A DNA stretch of 64,000 nt from Bacilli bacterium (GTDB lineage: Bacteria; Bacillota_I; Bacilli_A; RF39; UBA660), in the NCBI GenBank assembly GCA_017941235.1, contig JAGAWU010000025.1, positions 29,860 through 93,859 of the forward strand. Direction: 5' to 3'. This document shows positions 27,182 through 37,906 of the stretch, one piece after another. The notes beneath the pieces were generated by a model, which was not told the DNA's origin, did no database searches, and saw nothing but the letters and a program-made list of their open reading frames with translations. The first letter of the stretch is position 1. Each line of letters opens with the position of its first letter. Made by a program: the position numbers and the translations under genes.

Positions 27182-27973
27182 ATGAAAGAATTTAATTATA
27201 AAAAGAAATTTGGACAGAATTTTTTGAAAGATGATAGAATAGTTAATAAGATTGTCTCAGAAACAAAGATTCCTTCAAATACTTTAGTTGTAGAAGTAGG
27301 ACCGGGTAAAGGAATCTTAACTAGAGAACTTTCTAAGGTCGCTAAAAATGTTATTTGTTATGAAATAGATGAGGAATTAGAGGGATATTTAATAGAACTT
27401 CAGAGTAAACTAGGTAATGTTAAAGTAATATTTTCAGATTTTTTAACTCGCGATATTTCAACTGATTTAAATGATTATACATATGATAATTTATATTTTG
27501 TAAGTAATGTTCCATATTATATAACTACATCTATTCTTATGAAAATAATGTCTTCTGAAAACAAATTTGATAAGATAACTATGATGATACAGAAAGAAGT
27601 TGGCGAAAGATTTAGTGCTAAACCTTGTACAAAAGCATATTCTTCTATTACTGTTTTCTTAAATTATTATTATGATATAAAGAAACTATTTAATGTTAGT
27701 AGAAATGAATTTGTGCCTGTTCCAAATGTTGATAGTGTTGTTATTTCTTTAATTTCAAAAAATGATAGGCTTAGTTTAAAAAATGAGAAGCATTTTTTTG
27801 AACTTGTTAGAGAGAGTTTTAAATTTAAGAGGAAAACTATAAGGAATAATTTAAAAAAATATGATCTTGATACTATAGAATCCGTTTTATTATTAAATGG
27901 TTTTAGTTTATCTAGTAGGGCAGAGGAACTTCCTTTAGAAGTGTTTGTAGAAATTAGTAATGCACTTAATTAA
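27182..27973 (+). CDS. rsmA: 16S rRNA (adenine1518/1519-N6)-dimethyltransferase
   Basis: Motifs: KKKFGQNFL.D, VVEVGPGKGILT, SNVPYYITT. ATG 27182 is preferred over TTG 27167. Confidence 0.95.
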   Translation: MKEFNYKKKFGQNFLKDDRIVNKIVSETKIPSNTLVVEVGPGKGILTRELSKVAKNVICYEIDEELEGYLIELQSKLGNVKVIFSDFLTRDISTDLNDYTYDNLYFVSNVPYYITTSILMKIMSSENKFDKITMMIQKEVGERFSAKPCTKAYSSITVFLNYYYDIKKLFNVSRNEFVPVPNVDSVVISLISKNDRLSLKNEKHFFELVRESFKFKRKTIRNNLKKYDLDTIESVLLLNGFSLSSRAEELPLEVFVEISNALN

Positions 27974-27976
27974 TGG

Positions 27977-28006
27977 CAATATCTATAATAGATATTGTTT
28001 TTTTTG
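27977..28006 (+). terminator. rho-independent terminator after rsmA
   Basis: caatatcta pairs with tagatattg, followed by a T8 run. Confidence 0.6.
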
Positions 28007-28051
28007 TTCTTTTTTTATTTTGACTTCATATAATTATTTGGAGGATAATTT

Positions 28052-28840
28052 ATGAATTTTAGAAAAGGTGATTATGTAACAAGGATGTCTCATGGAAATG
28101 ATATAATTTTTCAAATCGTGGATATTAGTAATAATACTGCGCTTTTGAAAGGAATAGAGGTTAGACTTATTGCAGATAGTGTTGTTTCTGATTTAGTTAA
28201 GGTTATAGATAATGTTGATTTATATAAAGAAGACAGAGAGCTAACTAATAATGCTTTACATACACTTAATTTAGATAGAGATGAGTATTTTTATTTGCCA
28301 GGTAAAATTCTTCATATAGATTCTGATAATGATTATTTGGAAAGGTGTATCAAATTTTATACTAATTTGAGAGTTGAGGCTTATGGTATTAATATAAAAG
28401 AAAATGATATAGAAAAGAATATTGTTAGTAAGATTATCGAATATAAACCTGATATCTTGGTGATTACGGGACATGATGCTTATTTTAAAAATAAGGGGGA
28501 TTCGTTGGATTTAAGTAATTATCAAAATAGCCTAAATTTTGTTAATGCCGTTAAAAAGGCTAGAGAATATGAGCCGAGTCATGAAAAGTTAATAATTATT
28601 GCAGGCGCTTGTCAATCAAATTATGAGGAATTAATAAAGGCTGGCGCAAATTTTGCTTCTAGCCCTAAAAGAATTAATATTCATGCATTAGATCCAGCCA
28701 TTATTGCTTCTAGTATATCTTTGTCTGAAAAAAATAAAAACATTAATTTAATAGAAATTCTTGATAAAACAAAATATAAGACAGATGGGATGGGAGGAAT
28801 AATAACTAATGGAACAATGTATGTGGGGTTTCCTAGATGA
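28052..28840 (+). CDS. yabG: sporulation-specific peptidase YabG (U57)
   Basis: 262 aa. N-terminus is F.KGD.V.R.S...DI.F.I. It also has PG.ILH.D.D..YL..C and PDILV.TGHDA. It occupies the conserved ksgA-yabG-veg position. Confidence 0.85.
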   Translation: MNFRKGDYVTRMSHGNDIIFQIVDISNNTALLKGIEVRLIADSVVSDLVKVIDNVDLYKEDRELTNNALHTLNLDRDEYFYLPGKILHIDSDNDYLERCIKFYTNLRVEAYGINIKENDIEKNIVSKIIEYKPDILVITGHDAYFKNKGDSLDLSNYQNSLNFVNAVKKAREYEPSHEKLIIIAGACQSNYEELIKAGANFASSPKRINIHALDPAIIASSISLSEKNKNINLIEILDKTKYKTDGMGGIITNGTMYVGFPR

Positions 28841-29058
28841 ATAGAACTTTATTAAGAAAAAAAATTCAAGAGAAAAAGGGTAATATTTATAATTTTACTT
28901 TCAATGGTTCTAGGAATCAGTGTGAAAAGTTTTCAGGACAAATAATAGATACTTATCCTTCTGTTTTTTTAATACGTACATATGATAATAATCCTAGAAT
29001 TCGTTCTTTTTCCTATAATGATATTATTACATCTAGTTTAGAAATTCATGATAAATAA
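28837..29058 (+). CDS. veg: Veg (biofilm/sporulation-associated small DNA-binding protein)
   Basis: 73 aa. TYPSVFLIRT......RSFSYNDIITSSLEI matches B. subtilis Veg ETYPSVFVIQL......VSYSYADILTETVEL. Confidence 0.85.
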   Translation: MNRTLLRKKIQEKKGNIYNFTFNGSRNQCEKFSGQIIDTYPSVFLIRTYDNNPRIRSFSYNDIITSSLEIHDK

Positions 29059-29141
29059 ATAAAAGTGTAAAACCTATTGCAATTTAGTTTTATATATTAT
29101 AAAATTAAATTAGAATATATACTGAATAGGAGGATTACAAA

Positions 29142-29423
29142 GTGAAAATTACATCAGTTAAAGTTCATAAAATTGAGAAAGAAGATTCTCGTATGAAAGG
29201 AAAGGCTTCCGTTCTTTTGGATGATTGCTTTGTTATAAAAGATATTAGAATCATTCAAGGCGATGATAAAATGATAGTTGCAATGCCTAATAAGGTTTAT
29301 CCAGATGGACAACATCATGATGTTGCTCATCCAATTAATCAAGAAACAAGAAAAATGTTTGAAGATGCTATATTAGAAGAATATAATAAAGCTGATTCTG
29401 AAGAAGCAGATACTGAAGAATAA
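29142..29423 (+). CDS. spoVG: septation/sporulation regulator SpoVG
   Basis: 93 aa. MKITSVKVHKI......MKGKASVLLDDCFVIKDIRIIQG.....VAMP......G...DVAHPIN.ETR. GTG start after SD aggagg. Confidence 0.93.
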   Translation: MKITSVKVHKIEKEDSRMKGKASVLLDDCFVIKDIRIIQGDDKMIVAMPNKVYPDGQHHDVAHPINQETRKMFEDAILEEYNKADSEEADTEE

Positions 29424-29431
29424 TAATTAAT

Positions 29432-29463
29432 AAACTGTATAAATTTATTTATACAGTTTTTTT
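29432..29463 (+). terminator. rho-independent terminator after spoVG
   Basis: aaactgtataaa (29432-29443) pairs with tttatacagttt (29448-29459), then a T-run. Confidence 0.75.
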
Positions 29464-29508
29464 GTTCTATATATGTAAAGAAAAGCATATTATTTATTGG
29501 TGATATAT

Positions 29509-29802
29509 ATGGAAAAGCTAGAAAGTAATTTTAGTAGTTATAATCATACAATAACTATGGTAGAAAGAAAATCATTTGTTACTAGTGGTGTAAAAAAGAT
29601 AGAAAATTTTGATGATAGTCAATTTTTAATTGAGACTGTAATGGGCTTTTTACTTGTTAAAGGAGAAAACTTAGAGCTTGTAAAACTTGATACGTTACAA
29701 GGAACTATAACTATTAAAGGATTAATAAATAGCTTAACTTATTTAGATGATGGTGATAAGAAAGAAAAGGAAAGTAGTATATTTTATAGATTATTTAAAT
29801 GA
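29509..29802 (+). CDS. yabP: sporulation protein YabP
   Basis: About 97 aa. H.I.MVERK...TSGV.KIENFDD..F...T..G.L.VKGENLE is YabP-like. It is coupled to yabQ by an ATGA overlap. Confidence 0.8.
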   Translation: MEKLESNFSSYNHTITMVERKSFVTSGVKKIENFDDSQFLIETVMGFLLVKGENLELVKLDTLQGTITIKGLINSLTYLDDGDKKEKESSIFYRLFK

Positions 29803-30092
29803 TAAACTTATATTTTCAATTAAAAGCTATTATTTTTTCTTTTTTTTATGGTATTATTTTTTCTTTCTTTTTTAATTTAAATTATAGATATTTGTTTCAT
29901 AAGAAGAAATTGGTGAAGGTTATTTTTGATTTTATTTTTATTGTTGATAGTGGTCTTTTATATTTTTTTATCTTAGAAAAACTGGATTATGGATATATAC
30001 ATTTCTATTTTTTCTTTAGTTTTTTATTAGGAATATTTTTGAGTTTTTCTTTTTTTAAAAAGCATATTCGTAAAATACGTGTCAAAAAGTGA
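29799..30092 (+). CDS. yabQ: spore cortex biosynthesis membrane protein YabQ
   Basis: 97 aa, polytopic and hydrophobic, immediately after yabP as in spore formers. Confidence 0.7.
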   Translation: MINLYFQLKAIIFSFFYGIIFSFFFNLNYRYLFHKKKLVKVIFDFIFIVDSGLLYFFILEKLDYGYIHFYFFFSFLLGIFLSFSFFKKHIRKIRVKK

Positions 30093-30155
30093 AATCTTTT
30101 GTATTATTTGTTGTTTAAATTTTATATAGGATTTATAATTATGTTAGAAGGGTAG

Positions 30156-30467
30156 GTGGATATTGTGGCTACTAGTAAAAAAGTAAAATCTACTAGAAAA
30201 AAACGTCGTAGGTTGCTAATTTTAGGTACTTTTTCACTTGTTACTATTGCATTTACCACCTATACTATGGGAAAGTATTGGGTTCAAATTTATGAAAAGA
30301 AGAATGAAAAGAATGAACTTACTGTACAATTAAAGAAACTGAAGAAAAAAGAGTCTTCTTTAAGGGCAGATGCTAATAAGATGCAAGACAAGGAATATAT
30401 AGCGAGATATGCTCGCGAAAAGTATTTATATAGTAAAGATGGAGAATTTATTTTGAGGATTCCTTAA
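30156..30467 (+). CDS. divIC: septum formation initiator DivIC/FtsB family
   Basis: It has a basic N-terminus, a single TM, a coiled coil, and then the YIARYAREKY motif typical of DivIC/FtsB. An alternative GTG start is at 30165. Confidence 0.82.
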   Translation: MDIVATSKKVKSTRKKRRRLLILGTFSLVTIAFTTYTMGKYWVQIYEKKNEKNELTVQLKKLKKKESSLRADANKMQDKEYIARYAREKYLYSKDGEFILRIP

Positions 30468-30548
30468 AATAAATTTTTTCTCTTTATTGAAAAAAAATGT
30501 AAATTTGGTTAAAATTAGTGTGTTATGTAATTTTTTGGAAGTGATATT

Positions 30549-31868
30549 ATGAATAAGTTTTTAATTGATGAAAATTTTAAATTTAATAAAGGTGATACAA
30601 TTGTTGTAGGATGCTCGACTGGTCCTGATTCAATGGCACTAATGGATATGCTGATTAAAATTAGGGATAAATATAATCTTTTCTTAATTTGTGCACATGT
30701 AAATCATAATGTTAGAAAAGAGAGTTATGCAGAAGCTACTTTTATGCAGGAATATTGTAAAGATAATAATGTTATTTTTGAAAGTATGATTATAGAGAAT
30801 TATGGTGATGATAATTTCCATAATGAGGCTCGAAATATACGATATAATTTTTTTGAGAAAGTAGTTAATAAGTATTCAGCTAATTATCTTATGACTGCTC
30901 ATCATGGTGATGATTTAATAGAAACTATAATGATGAGAATAGTTAGAGGATCTAATTTAAATGGATATTCTGGATTTAAAAGGGTAGTCGATATGGGGAA
31001 TTATCTTTTAGTGAGACCTCTTATTGATTTTACTAAAGATGAATTATTAAAGTATGATGAAGAGAATAATATTCAATTTTTTGTTGATAGTTCTAATTCT
31101 AAACCTAAATATACTAGAAATAGGTATAGGAAGGTAGTTTTACCTTTTTTAAAGGAAGAGGAACCTAATGTTCATAAAAAATTCTTGAAGTTCAGTGAGA
31201 ATTTAATGCAGGCAAATGAGTTTATAGAAAAAGAAAGAAATAAAGCTTTGAATAAAGTTTTAAATAACGGTAAAATAGATATTCCGAAGTTTTTAGAACT
31301 TGATTCATTTATACAAAAAGAAATTCTTTATTTTTTAATGGAAGTATATTATCAAGATGATCTTATTTTGCTTAATGATAGACATATCTCTTTATTATTT
31401 AGTGTAATAAATGGTAAAAGAAAAAATGTAGTGGTTAATTTACCAAATGAAGTTTTAGCAATTCGAGAATATGATAAATTCTTTTTAAGAAAAGAGATGG
31501 ATGAACTTACTTCATATGAAATAGAATTCTCAGATAGTGTAGACTTACCTAATCATCATTCGATAAAGAGACTGTTATCTTGTGATGAGAATAGTAATAA
31601 TATATGCAGAATATCTAGTCAAGAAGTTCAACTTCCTTTGATTGTTAGAACAAGAAAATTAGGTGATAAGATATATTTAAAGGGCATGACTGGTTCTAAG
31701 AAGATTAAAGATATATTTATCGATAGCAAAATAACTAAATCTAATAGAGATTTATGGCCGATAGTTGTGGATAGTTTGGATAGAGTTGTTTGGATACCGG
31801 GATTAAAAAAATCTAAGTTTGACAAAAAGAAAGAAGAAAGTTATGATATAATATTGAAATATTATTAA
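30549..31868 (+). CDS. tilS: tRNA(Ile)-lysidine synthase
   Basis: 439 aa. The PP-loop is VGCSTGPDSMAL, followed by HVNH..R and TAHH.DD..ET. The C-terminal TilS domain reads G.KK.KD.F.D.K. Confidence 0.93.
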   Translation: MNKFLIDENFKFNKGDTIVVGCSTGPDSMALMDMLIKIRDKYNLFLICAHVNHNVRKESYAEATFMQEYCKDNNVIFESMIIENYGDDNFHNEARNIRYNFFEKVVNKYSANYLMTAHHGDDLIETIMMRIVRGSNLNGYSGFKRVVDMGNYLLVRPLIDFTKDELLKYDEENNIQFFVDSSNSKPKYTRNRYRKVVLPFLKEEEPNVHKKFLKFSENLMQANEFIEKERNKALNKVLNNGKIDIPKFLELDSFIQKEILYFLMEVYYQDDLILLNDRHISLLFSVINGKRKNVVVNLPNEVLAIREYDKFFLRKEMDELTSYEIEFSDSVDLPNHHSIKRLLSCDENSNNICRISSQEVQLPLIVRTRKLGDKIYLKGMTGSKKIKDIFIDSKITKSNRDLWPIVVDSLDRVVWIPGLKKSKFDKKKEESYDIILKYY

Positions 31869-31877
31869 GGAGGCAAT

Positions 31878-33857
31878 ATGAATAAAAAAGTTAATAAGAA
31901 AACTATTAAGAGAGGACTTTTACCATATTTATTTATTGTAATTGTTGGTGTTGGAATACTATATGTATTTAATTTTTTAAATCATACTACTAATGTTTTA
32001 ACATATGATGAATTTATTGGTAATCTAAGTAAGGGAAAGGTTAAAACAATTGAGATTACTCCTAGAGATAGAGCACAAACATATGAGGTTACAGGTAAAC
32101 TATCTGGATATGGAGAGAATGAAAGTTATTATGTTATACTACCTAAATCAGATAGTGTTATTAATAAAGTGGTTTCTATAACTGAAGAACAGAAGGTAAA
32201 AATTACTACTAAAGAGGATCCCTCATCAAGTGCTATTTGGTTAGTGTTTGCTGATTTATTTCCATTATTATTACTTTTAGGAATTATGTTCTTTTTCTTG
32301 AGTAGACAAATGGCAGGTAATAAGAGTTCAATGGATTTTGGAAAGAGTAAAGCAAAACTTTCTGATGAAAAAAATAAAGTTACATTTAAGGATGTTGCTG
32401 GACTAAAGGAAGAAAAAGAAGAGGTAAAAGAACTTATTGATTTCTTAAAGAATCCTAAGAAGTTTCAACGTTTGGGTGCTAGAATTCCTAAAGGTGTATT
32501 ATTAATGGGGCCTCCAGGAACTGGTAAAACATTACTTGCAAGAGCTGTAGCAGGTGAAGCTAATGTTCCATTCTATTTTATAAGTGGTTCTGATTTTGTT
32601 GAATTATTTGTAGGTGTTGGAGCAAGTCGTGTTAGAGATATGTTTCAACAAGCAAAAAGAAATGCTCCTTGTCTTATATTTATAGATGAGATTGATGCTG
32701 TAGGTAGACAAAGAGGAACTGGTCTTGGTGGAGGACATGATGAACGTGAACAAACACTTAATCAATTACTTACTGAAATGGATGGTTTTGGTGAGAATAC
32801 AGGAATAATTATTATGGCTGCTACAAATAGGCCTGATGTACTTGATCCTGCTTTATTAAGGCCAGGAAGATTTGATAGACAAGTTACAGTTAGTTTGCCA
32901 GATATTAGAGGTCGTGAGGAGATACTTGCTGTTCACGCTAAAAATAAAAAATTGGCTCCTGATGTAACATTAAAAAATTTAGCTAAGAGAACACCTGGAT
33001 TTAGTGGTGCTGATCTTGAAAATTTATTAAATGAGGCAGCGTTACTTGCTGTAAGACGTGATAAAAATGCTATTACTATGCATGAAGTAGATGAAGCTAC
33101 AGATAGGGTTCTTATGGGTCCTGCTAAAGTTAGTCATAAATATAGCGAAAAAGATAGAAGGTTAGTTGCTTATCATGAAGCAGGTCATGCGGTTATTGGT
33201 TTAAAACTTGCTAGTGCTTCTGACGTTCAAAAAGTAACAATTATTCCACGTGGTTCTGCTGGTGGATATAATATGATGGTTCCAAGTGAAGAAAAACTAT
33301 GTTCAACTAAGACAGACTTATTAGAACAAATAACTGGACTTTTAGGAGGACGTGTTGCTGAAGAAATCGTATTTAAGGAAGTAACTACAGGTGCTGAAAA
33401 CGATTTTTCTAAGGCTACTAAAATTGTTAGAGCTATGGTTACTGAATATGGTATGAGTGATTTAGGTCCACTTCAATTAGAACATCAAGAGGGTGCTGCT
33501 TTCTTAGGAAGAGATTATAATAAGTCTCGTAATTTTTCTGAAACTGTTGCACATGAAATAGATATAGAAATGAGAAAAATAATCGATAAGTGCTATGTTG
33601 ATGCTAAAAAGATTATTAAGGATAATAGAGAACTTCTTAATTTAATAGCTGAGACTTTATTAGAATATGAGACATTAACTAAAGAGCAAATTGATTATTT
33701 AGTGGAAAATGGTAAAATGCCAGAAGAAGATAATGAAAATTTAGAATCTATGTCTTTAACTAGTCTAAGACAATTAGCAAAGGAAAAAGGTATTAAAAAT
33801 TCATCTAAAATGAATAAGGCAGAAATTATAGATGAATTAGATAAAATTAAGGAATAG
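31878..33857 (+). CDS. ftsH: ATP-dependent zinc metalloprotease FtsH
   Basis: 659 aa with two TM segments. Motifs: Walker [15 protein letters not shown], and the zinc site HEAGHA. Confidence 0.98.
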   Translation: MNKKVNKKTIKRGLLPYLFIVIVGVGILYVFNFLNHTTNVLTYDEFIGNLSKGKVKTIEITPRDRAQTYEVTGKLSGYGENESYYVILPKSDSVINKVVSITEEQKVKITTKEDPSSSAIWLVFADLFPLLLLLGIMFFFLSRQMAGNKSSMDFGKSKAKLSDEKNKVTFKDVAGLKEEKEEVKELIDFLKNPKKFQRLGARIPKGVLLMGPPGTGKTLLARAVAGEANVPFYFISGSDFVELFVGVGASRVRDMFQQAKRNAPCLIFIDEIDAVGRQRGTGLGGGHDEREQTLNQLLTEMDGFGENTGIIIMAATNRPDVLDPALLRPGRFDRQVTVSLPDIRGREEILAVHAKNKKLAPDVTLKNLAKRTPGFSGADLENLLNEAALLAVRRDKNAITMHEVDEATDRVLMGPAKVSHKYSEKDRRLVAYHEAGHAVIGLKLASASDVQKVTIIPRGSAGGYNMMVPSEEKLCSTKTDLLEQITGLLGGRVAEEIVFKEVTTGAENDFSKATKIVRAMVTEYGMSDLGPLQLEHQEGAAFLGRDYNKSRNFSETVAHEIDIEMRKIIDKCYVDAKKIIKDNRELLNLIAETLLEYETLTKEQIDYLVENGKMPEEDNENLESMSLTSLRQLAKEKGIKNSSKMNKAEIIDELDKIKE

Positions 33858-33861
33858 TATT

Positions 33862-33888
33862 AACATGTGATTAATATCACATGTTTTT
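33862..33888 (+). terminator. rho-independent terminator after ftsH
   Basis: aacatgtgat (33862-33871) pairs with atcacatgtt (33876-33885), then a T-run. Confidence 0.75.
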
Positions 33889-33957
33889 CTTTATCTAAAT
33901 ATTGTGATTTTTATTATTTAATGTTATAATACAGTATCGAGTGAGTGGTGGTAAAAT

Positions 33958-34746
33958 ATGAAAAAGAAGTTTTTGTTTTTACTGATAATTGTTTTTATTG
34001 GATTATTGGTATTTGGGTTGGTAACACAGTTTAAGCAAGAAACGCAAAATAAAAATTTATCAATAGAAAAAAAATCTTCTACTAATAAGAGTAATATTAA
34101 TGGTAAAGATGATGAGTTAGAAGTCAAGGAAAATGAAAGTTATGAAACAAGTAAGAATTCTGAGCAGGATAGTGATAATTACTTTTATGAAAATAATAGT
34201 GATGGTGATAAATCAGATTCAAGTTCTTTAGTTGTCTCTTATGTTGAAGATACTGTTGATACTGCTATAAAAGAGGAAGAAATTAGTAGTAAAAATGAGT
34301 CTAAACTTAAGAATACTTTTATATTGTTAACTGATTTTATATTTTATAATGGAAGAATAAAGGGGTATACTTTTAGTGAATTAAGAAATGAGGAAAAAGA
34401 GAAAATCGTTAATAGTTGGGAAAAGTTAGATAATTATATAGAAAAAAAATATCCTAATTATAAACAAAAAATTAAAGATACTTCTTCTAAAAATTATTCT
34501 AAAATAAAAGAAAAATTGTCTGAATTAAAAGAAAATATTAATAATACTTTTAGAGAAAAAGTTGGTGAAGAGACTTATTCAAATACAGTAAATCAGTTTA
34601 ATGAGGATAAAGAAAATTTTAATAATACTATTGATCCATATAAAAATGTAGGTAAGAGTGCAATAGAAAAGGCTAAAGAAAAAGCAATAAAGGCAAAAGA
34701 AAAAATTAAGGATTGGTATCAGAACTATAAGGAATCAAATAGGTGA
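33958..34746 (+). CDS. hypothetical membrane-anchored K/E/N-rich protein
   Basis: 262 aa. It has an N-terminal signal/anchor (FLFLLIIVFIGLLVFGLV), then a low-complexity acidic and lysine-rich sequence. I recognise no family. Confidence 0.55.
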   Translation: MKKKFLFLLIIVFIGLLVFGLVTQFKQETQNKNLSIEKKSSTNKSNINGKDDELEVKENESYETSKNSEQDSDNYFYENNSDGDKSDSSSLVVSYVEDTVDTAIKEEEISSKNESKLKNTFILLTDFIFYNGRIKGYTFSELRNEEKEKIVNSWEKLDNYIEKKYPNYKQKIKDTSSKNYSKIKEKLSELKENINNTFREKVGEETYSNTVNQFNEDKENFNNTIDPYKNVGKSAIEKAKEKAIKAKEKIKDWYQNYKESNR

Positions 34747-34750
34747 GCAT

Positions 34751-35728
34751 ATGTGGAAAATAGGAAATGTATCTATAAAGAATAAAATTATTCTTGCGCC
34801 TATGGCTGGTATCTCTAATTCTGCCTATAGGAGAATATGTAAGGAAATGGGTTGTGGTCTTGTATATGCTGAAATGGTTAGTGATAAGGCTATTTCTTTT
34901 GGAAATAAAAAGACTATTGATATGTTATATATGACTGATTTTGAAAGACCTATTGCACAACAAATATTTGGTACTGATGTTGATAGTTTTGTTAAGGCAG
35001 CCAAATTTATAGAAGAAACAATGAAACCTGATATTATAGATATTAATATGGGATGTCCAGTTCCAAAGGTTGCCCTAAGAGCACAGGCGGGTTCAGCTTT
35101 GCTTAAAAATCCGGAGAAGATTAAAAGTATTGTTAGTGAAGTAGTTAAAAATGTAAGTGTTCCAGTAACAGTTAAAATTAGAAGTGGTTGGGATTTTAAT
35201 AGTATTAATGCAGTAGAGGTTGCTAAAATATGTGAGGAAGCTGGTGCTTCTGCTATTACAGTTCATCCTAGAACAAGAAGTCAAGGATATAGTGGTGTTG
35301 CTGATTGGAATATTATTAAGAAGGTAAAAGAAGCAGTTAATATTCCTGTTATTGGTAATGGGGATATAAAAACACCGGAAGATGTAGTTAAAATGATAAA
35401 TCAAACGGGTTGTGATGCTGTTATGATTGGTAGAGGACTTTTAGGTAATCCTTGGTTAATCAAAAATTCATTATTATATTTAGATAGTAAAGAATATGAA
35501 TTACCAACGGTTAAAGAAAAAATTGAAATGTGTATCAAACATTTAAATTATTTAAAAGATACTAAGCCGGAAAAACTTGTTATATTGGAAATAAGAAGTC
35601 ATTTGGCCTGGTATTTAAAAGGTATTCCAGGCGCTAATAATATTAAAAATAAGGTATATCAATGTAAACATATTCATGATATAATGCAAGTGTTAAATGA
35701 ATTTTTAGGAGGTATTGAAGATGAGTAA
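34751..35728 (+). CDS. dusB: tRNA-dihydrouridine synthase
   Basis: 325 aa. Motifs: LAPMAG.SN.A.R, DINMGCP..KV, VTVK.R.GW, ITVH.RTR.Q.Y.G.ADW. Confidence 0.93.
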   Translation: MWKIGNVSIKNKIILAPMAGISNSAYRRICKEMGCGLVYAEMVSDKAISFGNKKTIDMLYMTDFERPIAQQIFGTDVDSFVKAAKFIEETMKPDIIDINMGCPVPKVALRAQAGSALLKNPEKIKSIVSEVVKNVSVPVTVKIRSGWDFNSINAVEVAKICEEAGASAITVHPRTRSQGYSGVADWNIIKKVKEAVNIPVIGNGDIKTPEDVVKMINQTGCDAVMIGRGLLGNPWLIKNSLLYLDSKEYELPTVKEKIEMCIKHLNYLKDTKPEKLVILEIRSHLAWYLKGIPGANNIKNKVYQCKHIHDIMQVLNEFLGGIEDE

Positions 35729-36335
35729 TAAAATGGAAGAAAAAGAAAAACCATATTTTGTCCAGAGATTAGGTGCATTTTTGATAGATTTAATAATTGT
35801 TGCTTTTGTTTCATCATTATTAACTATGCCATTTCAAACTAATTCTGTCCAAAAACTTAATAATCAAATAATTGATACTAGTACTAAGTATGTAAGTCAG
35901 GAGATAAGTCCTGCTATATATATTAATAAAATGATTGATTTAAATTATCAGTTAGGAAAACAAACTGGGCTTTCTAGTGTAATAACTATTTTAATTTATG
36001 TTATTTATTATGTTGTTATTCAAATGAAATTGGGTGGTCAAACATTAGGTAAACGTGTACTAAAAATAAAAGTGGTTAAAAATGATGATAGTGATTTGAC
36101 TATGAATGATATGGTTTTAAGAGGATTAATAAATAATTCAATTTTATGTGATATTTTAGTTGTTATATTTGCACTTGTTAATAAATATGTTTATTTTTAT
36201 GGTTCAACTGGATTTCAGTGGTTACAAGGGTTAATAATTATTGTAAGTGTATTTATGATTACTATTAGAAAAGATGGTAGAAGTATTGCTGATATGATAG
36301 TAAAAACAAGAGTTGTTAGTTTAAAGGAGGATTAA
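35715..36335 (+). CDS. RDD-family membrane protein
   Basis: 206 aa. It has RLGAFLIDLII..., GQTLGKRV.KIKVV and R.DGRSIADMIVKTRVV, which together form the RDD domain pattern. Confidence 0.75.
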   Translation: MKMSNKMEEKEKPYFVQRLGAFLIDLIIVAFVSSLLTMPFQTNSVQKLNNQIIDTSTKYVSQEISPAIYINKMIDLNYQLGKQTGLSSVITILIYVIYYVVIQMKLGGQTLGKRVLKIKVVKNDDSDLTMNDMVLRGLINNSILCDILVVIFALVNKYVYFYGSTGFQWLQGLIIIVSVFMITIRKDGRSIADMIVKTRVVSLKED

Positions 36336-36337
36336 TT

Positions 36338-37807
36338 ATGAGAGAATTTACTGAACAAGAACTAGTAAGAAGAGAAAAATTAAAAAATATAGAGCATGCA
36401 TATCCAGAAAGATTTGAAACAAACTATGAAATAGCTGAAGCTAGTAAATTAGAGGATGGAACTTTAGGTGTTAGAGTTGCCGGTAGAATTGTTTTGATGA
36501 GAAAAATGGGAAAGATGAGTTTTTTAACTATTGGTGATATTTTAGGAAAAATTCAGATTTCTGTTAAGTTAGATATGGTTGGTGAAGAAGAATATGCAAA
36601 CTTTAAAGCTAACTATGATTTAGGTGATTTTATTGGAGTAGAGGGAGAAGTATTTACTACACATACTGGTGAAAAGACTATTAGAGCTAGTAAAATAGAA
36701 TTTTTAGGTAAAGCTTTAAAACCACTTCCAGAAAAATTTCATGGTGTTGAAGATATCGAAACTATTTATAGAAGACGTTATCTAGATTTAATTACAAATG
36801 ATGAAAGTAAACAAAAATTTTTGTTTAGAACTAGGTTTATTAAAGAATTACGTAATTATTTAGATACTAAGGGATATATTGAGATAGAAACACCAATTTT
36901 AAATAATAAAGCTAGTGGTGCTACTGCTAAACCTTTTATTACTCATCATAATGCATTAGATATCGATTTGTATTTAAGAATTGCACCAGAAACTTATTTA
37001 AAGAGAGCTATAGTTGGTGGATTTACTAAAGTATTCGAAATAGCTAGATGTTTTAGAAATGAAGGAATGGATCTTACTCATTTACAAGATTTTACTATGA
37101 TAGAAGGTTATGGTGCTTATTTAAATTATAAAGATAATATGAAGTTTTTAAGAGAGATGCTTCAAACAATTATTATGAATTTATTTGGTACTTTAGAAAT
37201 AAATGTTGGTAGTGAAAAAGTTGATTTAAGTGGAGAATGGGAAGAAGTTAGTTTTAGGGATTTAATTTTGAGATATTCTGATATTGATATCAAAGAATAT
37301 AATACTAAAGAAAAACTTTTAGAAAAAATAAGAAAAGATAAAATTGAAATAGATAGTGAGACTCCACTTGAAGATTTGGGATATGGTAATTTAGTTGATC
37401 AATTATATAAAAAGGTTGCCCGTCCACATGTTATTAATCCAATTTTCTTAACTGAACATCCAATTAGTTTATCTCCGCTTGCTCGTGCAAATGATGATGA
37501 TCCTACTATTACTGATCGTTTCCAACTTGTAATAAATGGAGCTGAAATTATTAATGCTTATTCTGAACTTGTTGATCCTCAGGAACAAGAAAAAAGATTA
37601 TTAGAACAAGCTAAACTTAAGGCAAATGGTGATGATGAAGCTATGCCTATGGATTATGATTATATTGAAGCTATGGAATATGGTATGCCTCCAATTAGTG
37701 GTTGGGGTATGGGAATTGATAGAATGGTACAACTTCTTACAAATTCTGATAACATTAAAGATGTAGTACTATTCCCATTGATGAGAAATAAAGAAGAAAA
37801 TAATTAA
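36338..37807 (+). CDS. lysS: lysine--tRNA ligase (class II)
   Basis: 489 aa. It has an OB anticodon-binding domain, then class II motifs YLRIAPE.YLKR, FEI.RCFRNEG and GMGIDR. Confidence 0.97.
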   Translation: MREFTEQELVRREKLKNIEHAYPERFETNYEIAEASKLEDGTLGVRVAGRIVLMRKMGKMSFLTIGDILGKIQISVKLDMVGEEEYANFKANYDLGDFIGVEGEVFTTHTGEKTIRASKIEFLGKALKPLPEKFHGVEDIETIYRRRYLDLITNDESKQKFLFRTRFIKELRNYLDTKGYIEIETPILNNKASGATAKPFITHHNALDIDLYLRIAPETYLKRAIVGGFTKVFEIARCFRNEGMDLTHLQDFTMIEGYGAYLNYKDNMKFLREMLQTIIMNLFGTLEINVGSEKVDLSGEWEEVSFRDLILRYSDIDIKEYNTKEKLLEKIRKDKIEIDSETPLEDLGYGNLVDQLYKKVARPHVINPIFLTEHPISLSPLARANDDDPTITDRFQLVINGAEIINAYSELVDPQEQEKRLLEQAKLKANGDDEAMPMDYDYIEAMEYGMPPISGWGMGIDRMVQLLTNSDNIKDVVLFPLMRNKEENN

Positions 37808-37808
37808 T

Positions 37809-37837
37809 AAACTAAGAGTTATGCTCTTAGTTTTTTT
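37809..37837 (+). terminator. rho-independent terminator after lysS
   Basis: aaactaagag (37809-37818) pairs with ctcttagttt (37824-37833), then a T-run. Confidence 0.75.
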
Positions 37838-37906
37838 GTTTAAAAATGGCTAAAACTATTGTAAAAACGTTTATTTATGATAAAATTAAAGTGGGAGGAG
37901 ATTTTT

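Noticed and set aside
33242-33257. CCACGTGG core inside ftsH (TATTCCACGTGGTTCT) as a possible fifth parS
   Set aside because: Only the central 8 bp match. The flanks differ at several positions on the right arm, and the sequence simply encodes the conserved IIPRGS motif.
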